64,000 nt of DNA from an uncultured SAR86 cluster bacterium (GTDB lineage: Bacteria > Pseudomonadota > Gammaproteobacteria > Magnimaribacterales > AG-339-G14), in contig CACFWO010000003.1 in the NCBI GenBank assembly GCA_902570035.1, positions 114,503 through 178,502 of the forward strand, given 5' to 3'. Below are positions 42,746 to 53,800 of the stretch, in pieces; positions within the stretch are counted from its first letter, which is position 1, and the number at the start of each line of letters is the position of its first letter. The notes under the pieces are model-generated. The model had not been told where the DNA came from. It worked only from the letters and a program-made list of their open reading frames with translations, and did not search any database. Position numbers and translations under genes: made by a program.

Positions 42746-44077
42746 ATGACTGCCGTTCTAACTTACTTAATAGCCTTTGTTGTACTGATTTCGGTAATAA
42801 CCATTATTCATGAGTCTGGTCATTTTTTTGCTGCAAGAATTTGCAGAGTAAAAGTTTTAGATTTCTCAATAGGTATGGGACCATCAATCTTACAAAAACA
42901 GGACAAACTTCAGACAAATTACAACATAAGAATTTTACCAATCGGAGGATTCGTACAAATGCTAGGGGAGGGTGAGAGCTCCTCTGAAAAAGATTCCTTT
43001 CAATCAAAACCATATCATCAGAGATTATTCATAGTTCTCGCTGGTCCTATGGCTAACTTTATTTTAGCTTTCATAATCTTTGCCGGTTTGAACCTTTATG
43101 GAATTCAAGAAATATCCTCTGATATCGGACAGGTTAAAAAAGACAGTCCTGCTTATAACGCTGGAATAGTACCAGGAACCAAGATAAAACGTATTGATGA
43201 ATCTTTTGTTGAAACCAGGATGGAGGTTCAATCTGCCTTGTTAAGAAGGCTTGGGGAAACAGGCAATATAAATATTGAAACTGAAGATTCTCAAGGCGCC
43301 ACTTCATCGCATCAAATATATATATCTGAGTGGCTGAAAGGACAGGAGCCAAATGACCTAATGAGAGATTTAGGAATGTATCTACCTTCGGAAATAATCA
43401 TTGCTCAAATGACAGAAAACGGTCCAGCTGAAAATTCTGGATTGATGATAGGCGATAAAATTAATGCCATCGATTTCAATGAAATACAATCTTGGGAAGA
43501 TCTTAAATTTTTTATCAATTTATCTGAAGGAAATGAAATATTGGTAAGTATTTCAAGAAATAATTCTAACTATGATTACCTTGTTCAGCCTGAATATAGA
43601 GAATCTCCTGAAGCTGCATGGTTAATTGGAATTGCAGCAAACTTGAAGATTCTTCCTTCTTCGATAATAAAAAAAAGGTACGGTCTTTTTGAAGGGTCGG
43701 TTAAAGCCCTTAAAGATACCTATTCCAAATCTGCAGAATCATTAATTTTTTTAAAAAAGATGGTCCAAGGCTTGATTTCGCCTAAAAATCTAGGCGGCCC
43801 AGTTATGATTGGTCAATATGCAGGAGATTCAATTAAATATGGGGGTCTATTTTCTTTCTTAATGCTGATGGCTCTTATCAGCATCGGATTGGGTATTATC
43901 AATCTATTACCTATTCCGGTTCTGGATGGTGGCCAAGCCGTGATGATGACTTTAGAAAAAATAAAAGGTTCACCTCTATCTGAAAACTTTGTAGGAATAT
44001 CACATAGGCTAGGTATTGCATTTATTGTATGTCTTATGATCTTTACATTTTTTAATGACCTTTCTAGGATTTTTTGA
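42746..44077 (+). CDS. rseP: RIP metalloprotease RseP (site-2 protease)
   Basis: 443 aa. HESGHFFAAR (HExxH), PDZ region, NLLPIPVLDGG. Confidence 0.93.
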   Translation: MTAVLTYLIAFVVLISVITIIHESGHFFAARICRVKVLDFSIGMGPSILQKQDKLQTNYNIRILPIGGFVQMLGEGESSSEKDSFQSKPYHQRLFIVLAGPMANFILAFIIFAGLNLYGIQEISSDIGQVKKDSPAYNAGIVPGTKIKRIDESFVETRMEVQSALLRRLGETGNINIETEDSQGATSSHQIYISEWLKGQEPNDLMRDLGMYLPSEIIIAQMTENGPAENSGLMIGDKINAIDFNEIQSWEDLKFFINLSEGNEILVSISRNNSNYDYLVQPEYRESPEAAWLIGIAANLKILPSSIIKKRYGLFEGSVKALKDTYSKSAESLIFLKKMVQGLISPKNLGGPVMIGQYAGDSIKYGGLFSFLMLMALISIGLGIINLLPIPVLDGGQAVMMTLEKIKGSPLSENFVGISHRLGIAFIVCLMIFTFFNDLSRIF

Positions 44078-46452
44078 TGAAAAGATTATTATTCTTTTTT
44101 TTATTTTTATATTCTATTGGCACTTTTGCAGATTCTTGGGTAATTGAAGACATAAGAGTTACAGGTCTACAAAGAGTTTCAGCAGGATCAGTATTTGCCT
44201 CAATGCCGGTATCTGTGGGTGATGAAATAGACCAAAGAGAAATTCAACTCGTTGCTAAGTCAATTTTTAATACTGGTAAATTTGATGATATAGAAATTGG
44301 AAGGGATGGAGGAGCTTTACTAATTAACTTGGTTGAAAGGCCTTCCATTGCATCTATAGATATACAAGGTAACAAGGCAATAAAGACAGATGCATTACTT
44401 GAAGGGCTGAGAAACTCTGATTTATATGAAGGCCAACTTTATAGAAGATCGATTGTTGAAGGGTTAAGTGTAGAGCTAGAAAGACAATACGTCGCTCAAG
44501 GTAGATACGGCGCAAAAGTTAAGGTGGAAAGTAATAATCTTCCAAGAAATAGAGTCGGAATCCTAATCGAAGTTGATGAGGGCGAAGTGGCTCAAATTAA
44601 AGATATAAATATAGTCGGTAATCAGACGTTTACGGATGAAGAACTTTTGAGAGGTTTTGAACTGAGCAAGGGTAATTGGTTATCTTTTATTACAAATGAC
44701 AATAAATATGCTCAAGAAAAGTTGAGAGGTGATCTTGAGACACTTGAGTCTTTTTACAAAAACCGAGGGTATGTAAAGTTCTCAGTTGACTCTAGAGTTG
44801 TTAGCGTGTCTCCAGATAAAAAATCGGTTTTTATAACTATAGGAGTAAGAGAGGGAGGAGTTTATAAAGTTAAAGAGACTAAATTAGCTGGAGATCTTCC
44901 TTTATCAAAAGATAATCTAAGAAACTTAATTTTCGTAAAGCCAGATACAGTATTCTCTCAGGAGCTCGTAACGGCATCAGAAGAATTTATTACTAATACA
45001 CTTGGGAATGAAGGTTACGCCTTTGCAGAAGTCTCAGGAGTTCCTGAAATCTTAGAAGATGAACAAGCGGTAAATCTTACTTTTTTTGTTGAGCCGGGCC
45101 AGAGAACCTATGTCAGAAGAATAGAATTCATTGGAAACGAAAGGACTTACGATGTTGTGCTTAGGCGAGAGATGAGACAAATGGAAGGAGCATGGGCATC
45201 CAATGCTTTAATTGAAAATTCTAAACTTCGTTTAGAAAGGTTAGGTTTCTTTAAGCAAGTAGAGGTTGAGACAAAGCCAGTGCCAGGCATCAGCGATCAA
45301 GTAGATATTGAGTATACTGTTGAGGAAGAATTCTCTGGTTCCATTGGAGGATCAATTGGATATGGAGCTTGGGGACTCACATTAGGAGCAAATTATTCAG
45401 AGAATAATGCTTTTGGAACAGGAAATAGGTTAGTAGTTGGAATAAATAAGAATGCTTGGCAAACCAGTTACAACTTCAATTTTTTCGATCCTTATTACAC
45501 TATTGACGCAGTAAGTCTTGGATATAACGCTTTTTATAGGTCATCAGATTTTGGTTCATATAATCTTGCATCTTATTCAACAGATTCTTACGGTCTAGGT
45601 GTTCAATTTGGTTTCCCTATCAGTGAAATAGAAAGATTAAATCTTAATATTTCTTACGATAATACTAAGCTTGATACTGGAAATTTTTCTTCTCTTCAGT
45701 TGAATGATTTTGTTAACACTGAGGGAGATGCATTCGAAACTTATAAATTAACCACCACATGGTCAAGAGTTACACTTAATAGAGGTATTTTTCCGACAGC
45801 TGGTCAGTCTCATGCTGTAAGCATACAAACCTCTCTTCCAGGAAGCAGTTTAAACTACGGAAAACTAATCTATAGAATGAAATACTTTGCTCCAATGGGA
45901 AATGATTGGGTCTTCTCGTTTAGAAATCAGATTGGAATTCTTGCAGCATATGGAGATACTTCAACGCCACCATTTTTCGAACATTTCTATGCCGGAGGCA
46001 TGAACTCGGTAAGAGGATTCAGAGCAAATACCCTAGGTCCCAGATCAGAAGCTAGCGAATATGTAATTGATTCAAATGGTCAAATTGTTACTGATTCTGA
46101 TGGAAATCCAATTCCAAATCCCTATTATTTCTATGAAAGAAGACCTATAGGAGGGCAATACTCTCTTGAAGGAGGAGTGGACTGGATATTCCCGCTTCCT
46201 ATCAGCCAAGACACCCGATCCGTAAGGAGCTCTGTTTTCTTTGATTACGGAAATGTATTTAGTGATGGATGCAAGCAATACGAGAGAAATTGTTTTAAAT
46301 TCGATACTAAAAATCTTAAATACTCTGTTGGTTTAGCTGTAACGTGGATCACACAACTCGGTCCTTTATCTTTTGCAATTTCTCAAGTATTTAATAGGGA
46401 TCCTTTGGAAGATGTTGAGCAGTTTCAATTTGAAATTGGCACGCAATTCTAA
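44077..46452 (+). CDS. bamA: outer membrane protein assembly factor BamA
   Basis: About 791 aa. Signal peptide, POTRA repeats, and a C-terminal beta-barrel ending ...QFEIGTQF. The track start is TTG 44074; ATG 44077 (TGATG overlap with rseP) is the likelier start. Confidence 0.96.
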   Translation: MKRLLFFFLFLYSIGTFADSWVIEDIRVTGLQRVSAGSVFASMPVSVGDEIDQREIQLVAKSIFNTGKFDDIEIGRDGGALLINLVERPSIASIDIQGNKAIKTDALLEGLRNSDLYEGQLYRRSIVEGLSVELERQYVAQGRYGAKVKVESNNLPRNRVGILIEVDEGEVAQIKDINIVGNQTFTDEELLRGFELSKGNWLSFITNDNKYAQEKLRGDLETLESFYKNRGYVKFSVDSRVVSVSPDKKSVFITIGVREGGVYKVKETKLAGDLPLSKDNLRNLIFVKPDTVFSQELVTASEEFITNTLGNEGYAFAEVSGVPEILEDEQAVNLTFFVEPGQRTYVRRIEFIGNERTYDVVLRREMRQMEGAWASNALIENSKLRLERLGFFKQVEVETKPVPGISDQVDIEYTVEEEFSGSIGGSIGYGAWGLTLGANYSENNAFGTGNRLVVGINKNAWQTSYNFNFFDPYYTIDAVSLGYNAFYRSSDFGSYNLASYSTDSYGLGVQFGFPISEIERLNLNISYDNTKLDTGNFSSLQLNDFVNTEGDAFETYKLTTTWSRVTLNRGIFPTAGQSHAVSIQTSLPGSSLNYGKLIYRMKYFAPMGNDWVFSFRNQIGILAAYGDTSTPPFFEHFYAGGMNSVRGFRANTLGPRSEASEYVIDSNGQIVTDSDGNPIPNPYYFYERRPIGGQYSLEGGVDWIFPLPISQDTRSVRSSVFFDYGNVFSDGCKQYERNCFKFDTKNLKYSVGLAVTWITQLGPLSFAISQVFNRDPLEDVEQFQFEIGTQF

Positions 46453-46530
46453 AATATTTATTGGATAATTTACTGTGCAATCATGTAAACTTGCCGTCAA
46501 ATTTATAAAAATTAATAAATAAGGCATATT

Positions 46531-47061
46531 ATGAAAAAATTTAATCACGCTTTAATTTTAGTTTCACAACTATTTTTTGGAAGCACTTTGCTAGCGAATA
46601 CAGATGGAATGGCTGTCATTGATTATCAAGCAATCTTTTTTGGAACTGATGCAGCAAGACAAGCATTTGAAGAGCTTCAAGAGTCTGATGAATATAAAGA
46701 AATCACGGATGATATTGCCTTAAAAGATGGGGAAAGAAAGGACGCTGCAGATAAGCTCGAAAAAGATGGACCCACAATGTCAGAAGCTGAAAAAGCTGAT
46801 CTTTATAAAAAGATTCAATCTTTAACTCAAGATTTGCAGTTTTTAGCTCAAAAGAGAGGAGCGCTCGAGCAAGAATTAGGTCAAAAATTACAAGCTGAGC
46901 AAGCAGAAACAGTTCAAAAGGTCGTTAATGAGCTAATTATTGCCAAGAAAATCAAGCTATTATTCAGAAGAGAGGCTTTAGCAGCATTTGAGGGAACTAA
47001 TCCACTGATAAACATTACTCCTGAAGTAATTGAGCTTATAAATCAAGATAGCGAAGAATAA
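46531..47061 (+). CDS. skp: periplasmic chaperone Skp (OmpH)
   Basis: 176 aa. Signal peptide plus coiled-coil K/E/Q-rich body. Conserved slot between bamA and lpxD. Confidence 0.8.
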   Translation: MKKFNHALILVSQLFFGSTLLANTDGMAVIDYQAIFFGTDAARQAFEELQESDEYKEITDDIALKDGERKDAADKLEKDGPTMSEAEKADLYKKIQSLTQDLQFLAQKRGALEQELGQKLQAEQAETVQKVVNELIIAKKIKLLFRREALAAFEGTNPLINITPEVIELINQDSEE

Positions 47062-47070
47062 GATTAAATT

Positions 47071-48012
47071 TTGTCCTCAAAGGCCTATAAGCTTAGTTAC
47101 ATAGCAAAATATATCGGCGCTTCATTGGATGGTGATGATATTGAGATATCATCCATGAAATCTCTGGCTTCGGCATCTGATAAAGATATTTCATTTTTTT
47201 ACAGTAATAAGTTCAAAGAAGACCTTTCAAAAACTAACGCAGGTGCTGTTATTACAGATACTGTGAACTCAAAATACTTCAAAGGAAATAAATTAATAAT
47301 AGATAACGTTCATCTGGCATATGCCAAAGCAACTGAATTATTTGCTGAATCAACTTTTTTATCTGAAAAAAAAGGTTTATCTAAGGAAGCATTTATAAAT
47401 AAAGAAGCTGTAATTTCAGATGATGTTTATGTTGGACCTGGTTGCGCGATAGAAAAAAACGTCGAGATAGGAAAGGGTTCTATTTTATTACCTAATGTAA
47501 CTATACTTTCAAATGTTTCAATTGGAGAGAATTGTATAATTCATTCAGGAACTGTAATTGGATCTGATGGACTTGGTTTTGCCAAGGACGAAAACGATAA
47601 ATGGAAAAAAATAAATCACTTAGGAAAAGTGGTGATAAACAATGATGTCGAGATAGGGTCTAATTGTACTATTGATAGAGGTACTCTTGACGACACAATC
47701 ATAGGTGAAAATGTGAAGTTAGATGATCAAGTTCATATTGCGCATAATTGTAAAATTGGGAAATCTACAATAATGGGTGCAAATGCAACAATTGGAGGAA
47801 GCACAATCATTGGAGAAAACTGCATGATAGGTGGACTTTGCGGTGTAGCTGACAATCTAGTCATCACGGATGGGGTTACAGTGTCTCCAGTATCATTCAT
47901 ATTCAAATCAATTAATAAGGCAGGTAAATACTCGGGTTCTGCACCGCTGATGCCAAGGGGAGAATGGTTGAAAGCTTCAGCAACATATAAAAAGTTATCA
48001 AAAAAAGATTAA
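47071..48012 (+). CDS. lpxD: UDP-3-O-(3-hydroxyacyl)glucosamine N-acyltransferase
   Basis: 313 aa. Left-handed beta-helix hexapeptide repeats and conserved position. TTG start. Confidence 0.92.
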   Translation: MSSKAYKLSYIAKYIGASLDGDDIEISSMKSLASASDKDISFFYSNKFKEDLSKTNAGAVITDTVNSKYFKGNKLIIDNVHLAYAKATELFAESTFLSEKKGLSKEAFINKEAVISDDVYVGPGCAIEKNVEIGKGSILLPNVTILSNVSIGENCIIHSGTVIGSDGLGFAKDENDKWKKINHLGKVVINNDVEIGSNCTIDRGTLDDTIIGENVKLDDQVHIAHNCKIGKSTIMGANATIGGSTIIGENCMIGGLCGVADNLVITDGVTVSPVSFIFKSINKAGKYSGSAPLMPRGEWLKASATYKKLSKKD

Positions 48013-48449
48013 TGATTGAAAAGCAAGATATAAAAAGATATCTACCTCATAGAGAACCTTTCTTATTTGTTGATGGCGTGACAGAAATAATTAAAGATGA
48101 ATATATTAAAGGTTTCAAAGAGGTTAAAGAAGATGAATATTATTTTAAAGGTCATTTTCCTGATAACCCTATACTTCCGGGAGTAATAATCATTGAGGCA
48201 TTAGCTCAAGTATCAGGAATTTTAGGTTTTGTTACCATGAATAAGACCCCTGAAGAGGGTTCAATTTATTACTTTGTTGGAGCTGATAATGTTCGTTTTA
48301 GATCTCCAGTAGTTCCTCCAAGTATATTGACATTAGAATCTAAGAAAATTCAAGACAGGCGCGGCATATGGAAGTTTGACTGCAAGGCCTCATTGGAAGA
48401 GAATTTAGTTTGTTCTGCTACGATTTTATGTGCAGACAGACCAAAATGA
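48012..48449 (+). CDS. fabZ: 3-hydroxyacyl-ACP dehydratase FabZ
   Basis: 145 aa. LPHREPFLFVD, GHFPDNPILPGV. Confidence 0.96.
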   Translation: MIEKQDIKRYLPHREPFLFVDGVTEIIKDEYIKGFKEVKEDEYYFKGHFPDNPILPGVIIIEALAQVSGILGFVTMNKTPEEGSIYYFVGADNVRFRSPVVPPSILTLESKKIQDRRGIWKFDCKASLEENLVCSATILCADRPK

Positions 48450-49216
48450 TTCATGAAACTGCATTAATTGATCCCTCTGCAAAAATCGCTAAAAATGCCT
48501 CCGTTGGTGCGTATTCCTCTATTGGTAAAGATGTGGAGATTGGTTCAGGAACTATAATTGAATCGAATGTAGTCATCCATAAAAATTCAAAGCTTGGAAA
48601 AGACAATCATATATATCCTTTTGCAAGCATTGGAGGAGATCCTCAAGATTTAAAATACGAAGACGAAGAAACTTTCCTCAAGATTGGTAATAAAAACCAA
48701 ATCCGAGAGGGAGTCACTATAAATAGAGGGACTGCCCAAGAGAAAGGGTTAACAACAATTGGAAATAATAATCTCTTTATGGCTTATTCTCATGTGGCTC
48801 ATGATTGCACTCTAGATGATGATATTGTTTTAGTTAATAATGTAGCTTTAGCTGGAGTTGTAAATATAGCAAAAGGTGCAAGGTTAGGCGGATATACTTT
48901 AGTTCATCAATTTTGCAATATTGGCCCATATAGTTTTTGTGCCATGGGGTCTGCAGTTTCGAAAGATATTCCTGCCTTTGTAAGAGTCAGTGGAAATCCT
49001 GCCATACCAAGAGGATTAAATGTAATAGGAATTCAAAGATTAGATCTTGGAAAAGATCAGTCATCACTGTTAAAAAAATTCTATAAGCTTGTATATTTAA
49101 GAAAACTTAAACTTGATCAAGCCATATCTGAGATAGAAAAAGAAGTTTCCGATTTTGATGAAGGAAAACTTTTTCTTGATTCAATCCAAAGTTCTGATCG
49201 AGGAATTGTTCGCTAA
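48446..49216 (+). CDS. lpxA: acyl-ACP--UDP-N-acetylglucosamine O-acyltransferase
   Basis: Homolog-like start MIHETALIDPSAKI at ATG 48446 (ATGA overlap with fabZ). The track start 48410 lies inside fabZ. Hexapeptide repeats. Confidence 0.95.
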   Translation: MIHETALIDPSAKIAKNASVGAYSSIGKDVEIGSGTIIESNVVIHKNSKLGKDNHIYPFASIGGDPQDLKYEDEETFLKIGNKNQIREGVTINRGTAQEKGLTTIGNNNLFMAYSHVAHDCTLDDDIVLVNNVALAGVVNIAKGARLGGYTLVHQFCNIGPYSFCAMGSAVSKDIPAFVRVSGNPAIPRGLNVIGIQRLDLGKDQSSLLKKFYKLVYLRKLKLDQAISEIEKEVSDFDEGKLFLDSIQSSDRGIVR

Positions 49217-50331
49217 TGCCATTAAAAGTGGGGCTATGTGCCACAGAGTCATCTGGAGATATTCTTGGCTCGGACTTAATTAGAAACCTTAAATCTAAAG
49301 ATCCATTAATTGAGTTTTTTGGTCTTGGTGGCTCTGAAATGAGAAAAGAAGGTTTTAATTCATTTGATTCAAATGAGGATTTTCAAGTAATGGGACTGAT
49401 TGATCCAATATTTAGAATCAATAGAATTCTTAAAAAAAGAAACGAATTAATTGATCACCTAATAGATAAAAATATAGATATCTTTATTGGAATCGATAGC
49501 CCATCATTAAATTTAGGAATTTCACGAATTTTAAAAAAAAAGTCCAATATCAAAACAGTTCAGTATGTTTGTCCTCAAGTTTGGGCTTGGAGATCAAATA
49601 GAGCAAAAAAATTTAATAATTTTTTAGATCTCGTTTTAAATTTATTCCCTTTTGAAAAAAGTTTTCTTCAAAATTTCGGCGTTAATTCAGTTTTTGTAGG
49701 TCACCCTAAAGCATCTCGCATTTCAACTAATATTGATAAATTAAAATATAAATTGGAATTAGACTTAGATCCCGATCTAAAAACATTTTCTTTTTTACCT
49801 GGAAGCAGAATATCTGAAATTAAGACTCATCTGCCTGTGATGATTGAAACGATAAATTCTCTAAGCAAAAAGGAAGATTATCAATTTTTAATTCCCTTTA
49901 AGGATGAAAACGAAATTTCGAGCAATTTAGGTAATTTAAAATCAAACACTTACAAAATATTTATCGATAAGACAGATTCAGTTCTTGCTGCGACTGACAT
50001 AGCAGTTAGTGTGTCTGGCACAGCCAGTCTTGAGTGCCTTTTAAATCAGGCTCCTCCAGTAGTTTGTTACAAAACAAATTTTTTTAATAACTTTCTTTTA
50101 AATCAATTTTTAAAAACAAAATACATTTCACTCCCGAATATCCTTGCAGAGGAGAAATTAATACCAGAATTGAGACAAGGTTTTGTAAATTCCGATCGAA
50201 TCGAAAGAGAGCTGCTCAATATGAGTAAGGCCACCAACTTAGATCGGATAAAAATAAAATTCGATAAGATTCATAATTCTTTGAAAGTAAATCAAGAAGA
50301 TAAATTTAACTGTCTTTTTGATTTATTATGA
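49216..50331 (+). CDS. lpxB: lipid-A-disaccharide synthase
   Basis: 371 aa. GESSGDILG-like N-terminus (ATESSGDILG) and conserved lpxA-lpxB-rnhB order. Confidence 0.9.
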   Translation: MPLKVGLCATESSGDILGSDLIRNLKSKDPLIEFFGLGGSEMRKEGFNSFDSNEDFQVMGLIDPIFRINRILKKRNELIDHLIDKNIDIFIGIDSPSLNLGISRILKKKSNIKTVQYVCPQVWAWRSNRAKKFNNFLDLVLNLFPFEKSFLQNFGVNSVFVGHPKASRISTNIDKLKYKLELDLDPDLKTFSFLPGSRISEIKTHLPVMIETINSLSKKEDYQFLIPFKDENEISSNLGNLKSNTYKIFIDKTDSVLAATDIAVSVSGTASLECLLNQAPPVVCYKTNFFNNFLLNQFLKTKYISLPNILAEEKLIPELRQGFVNSDRIERELLNMSKATNLDRIKIKFDKIHNSLKVNQEDKFNCLFDLL

Positions 50332-50885
50332 TCCTTGGATTAGACGAAGTTGGAAGAGGATCCATCGCTGGTCCGGTTGTGTCTGCAGCGGTTATTTTAG
50401 GAGAAAATAAAATCTTTGGGCTCAAGGACTCTAAAGATCTTTCAGAAAAAAAACGCATAGAATATTCTAATCAAATTAAGGAACTATCTCTTGAATGGTC
50501 TATTGGATTATCTTCTGTAGAGGAAATAGATAAATATAATATCCGGGAAGCTACAAAGCTTTCAATGATCAGGGCCATAAGCAGATTAAAAAAACCTTTT
50601 TCAAAAATAATTATTGATGGAAACGATAATTTCTTTAATGATAAATCTGTAGAATTTATAATTAAAGCAGACACTAAAATTAGGGAAGTAATGGCCGCTT
50701 CTATAATTGCAAAAGTCTATAGAGATGAATACATGAGAGAACTAGAAAATAAATTTAAAGGCTATTTTTTTGACAAACATAAAGGTTACTCAACCAAACT
50801 TCATAAGAGTATGATTAAGAAATATGGAGTCACAAATATTCATAGAAAATCTTTCAAGCCAATTAAGCAATTTCTAAATGAATAA
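50328..50885 (+). CDS. rnhB: ribonuclease HII
   Basis: 185 aa. GLDEVGRGSIAGPVV active-site motif and DSKDLSEKKR. Confidence 0.93.
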   Translation: MILGLDEVGRGSIAGPVVSAAVILGENKIFGLKDSKDLSEKKRIEYSNQIKELSLEWSIGLSSVEEIDKYNIREATKLSMIRAISRLKKPFSKIIIDGNDNFFNDKSVEFIIKADTKIREVMAASIIAKVYRDEYMRELENKFKGYFFDKHKGYSTKLHKSMIKKYGVTNIHRKSFKPIKQFLNE

Positions 50886-53800
50886 ATTTTCACACTTAAA
50901 TATACATTCTCAATACTCAATCTCTGATGGCTTAGTGAGATTAGATGAGCTTTCGAGCAAAGCAAAAGATTTAAATTTTGAATCTATTGCAATAACAGAT
51001 GATTCAAATTTATTTGGATTTGTAAAATTTTATAAAGAAATGCGCGACAAAGGCATTAAGCCAATTTGCGGGGTAAATTTTAATTCAGTGAAAGACATTA
51101 ACGATAATTCTGAGTCTGGCAAATTAACTCTTTATGCAAAAAATTTTGAAGGTTATAGAAACCTAACAAAGTTAGTTTCCAAATCTCACATAGAAGGAAG
51201 AATTAGATCGATACCTCATCTTAAATTGGAGTGGCTTAAAGATTTAAATGACGGATTAATTGTATTATCTGGAGATATGGAAGGTCACATCGCTGATGCA
51301 ATTCTAAAAAATAATTTTGAGCTAGCCGAAGCAAGAATAGATTTTTTTAAAAAAATATTTAATGAGGATTTCTTCATTGAGATTTCCAGGCTAGGAAGGG
51401 AAAGGGAAGAAGATTACATTAATATTGTTTCATCTATGGCGGCCAAAGCAAAAATACCTCTCGTAGCAACCAATCAGGTTAGATTCATGGAAGAAGAAGA
51501 ATTTGAAGCTCATGAAACTAGAGTATGTATTCAAACTGGAAATGTTCTAAGCGATCCTGCCAGAAAAAAGAATTACTTATCAACTCAATATTTCAAATCA
51601 ACAGATGAAATGTTTGAGTTGTTTGAGGATATACCAGAAGCTCTAGAAAATTCTTATTTGATTTCTCAAAAATGTAACCTTGTAATTGAGCTAGGCAAAT
51701 ATATTCTTCCTGACTTTGAGACACCTAACGGTGAAACAGAAGATGATTACCTAAAAAAAATATCTATCGAAGGCCTGCATAAAATTTTTGGTCATGAAGT
51801 TAAGGAAAATTATTTTTTAAGACTAGATTTTGAATTAAGTGTAATTCAAAAGATGGGATATTCAGGCTACTTTTTAATTGTTGCAGATTTTGTTAACTGG
51901 GCTAAAGAGAATGATGTTCCTGTTGGTCCTGGAAGGGGATCCGGAGCTGGATCATTAGTTGCATATGCCATAGGAATAACAGGATTAGATCCAATCAAAT
52001 ATGATCTATTGTTTGAAAGATTTCTTAATCCTGACCGAATTAGCAATCCAGATTTTGATATAGATTTTTGTAAGGATGGTAGAGAGAAAGTAATTGAATA
52101 CGTTACAAATAAATACGGACAAGATTCTGTTGCTCAAATAAGCACCTTAGGCACTATGGCTGCTAGAGCAGTTGTGAGAGATGTGGCAAGAGCTCAAGGA
52201 AAATCCTATAGCCTTGCAGATCGTCTCGCTAAATTAATCCCTTTTCATCCTGATATGACACTAAAAACTGCATTGCAAAATAAAGAATTAAAACAAGCAA
52301 TAAAAAATGATGAAGATGCAGAAGAAATTATTGAGATGTCACAGAAACTTGAAGGTTTATCAAGGAATGTGGGAAAGCATGCTGCTGGCGTTGTCATGGC
52401 TCCATCAAAAATAACAGATTTTTCTGCTCTTTACTTAGATGAGGAAACTGGCGCGGTATCTACTCAATATGATATGAAAGATATTGAACTTGTTGGATTG
52501 CAAAAATTTGATTTTTTAGGTCTTAAAACTTTAACAATAATGAAAAATGCCCTGGAGCTAATTAATCAGAACAGGCAGACATTAAAACTCGAAGCAATTA
52601 ATTTAGATGATCTTCCTCTTGATGATTCAAAGACGTATCAGCTCCTCCAAAAAGGCTTAACTACTGCTGTTTTCCAACTGGAATCACGGGGTATTAAAGA
52701 GTACATAGTAAAGCTAAAACCGAATAACTTTGAAGATATTATTACCTTGATTGCCTTATATAGGCCTGGTCCTTTAGAAATGAACATGGTTGAAACTTAT
52801 ATTGAAAGAAAGCATGGAAGAGAAGAATTCTCTTATGGAGACAAATCAGTTGAAAAAATACTTGATAAAACTCACGGTGTGATTGTTTATCAAGAACAAG
52901 TTATGCAATTGGCTCAGGAATTCTCCGGTTTTACGCTTGGTGAGGCAGATATTCTTAGAAGAGCAATGGGAAAGAAAATAGCGTCTGAGATGGAAGAACA
53001 AAAAGAACCCTTTATAACAGGCGCAATTGCAAAAGGAAAAAATAAAAGATTTGCAGAAGGATTATTTGATCAAATTGAAAAATTTGCTGGCTATGGTTTT
53101 AATAGGTCTCATTCTGCAGCTTATGCCTTTATTTCTTATCAAACAGCATGGTTAAAAGCCCACTATCCAGCAGAGTTTATGTCTGCTGTCTTAAGTTCAG
53201 AAATGGATGATACTGATAAGATTCAGATGCTTCTTGATGACTGCAAGCTTTTGGGCCTTAAAGTTTTGCCGCCTGATATTAATTCAAGTTTTTATGAATT
53301 CAGGAATATAGACAATGAAACACTTATGTATGGATTGGGAGCAATAAAGGGAGTTGGTAAGTCAGCTATCGAAAGCATAATTGATAACAGAACCTTAAAA
53401 GGTAACTTCAAGACGCTCTCGGATTTTTCTGGTCGCATTGATACAGAAAAAGTAGGAAAAAGAGCTCTAGAACCGCTGGTTGCTTCTGGCTCAATGGATT
53501 CATTTCAATCTAGTAGGGAAGAGATGTTTGTGAATATTGAATCTGCTTTAAAGTTTGCTAGACAGGTGTCTGAAGAGAAAAAAAGCGGCATTGATGATTT
53601 ATTCGGTGATGTTGAACTACCTAATGTTATTCCCATCACAAAAGCAAAAATCATTGAATTTGATAAGTCTCTGGGTGAACTAAACTCTTTAGGATTTTAT
53701 TTCTCATGTCATCCTATGGATGAATATAAATGGGAAGTTGAACAGATTTGCCCTAATAGAATTTCTAGTCTCAATGAAGATAAGAATATTCAAAGGTGTG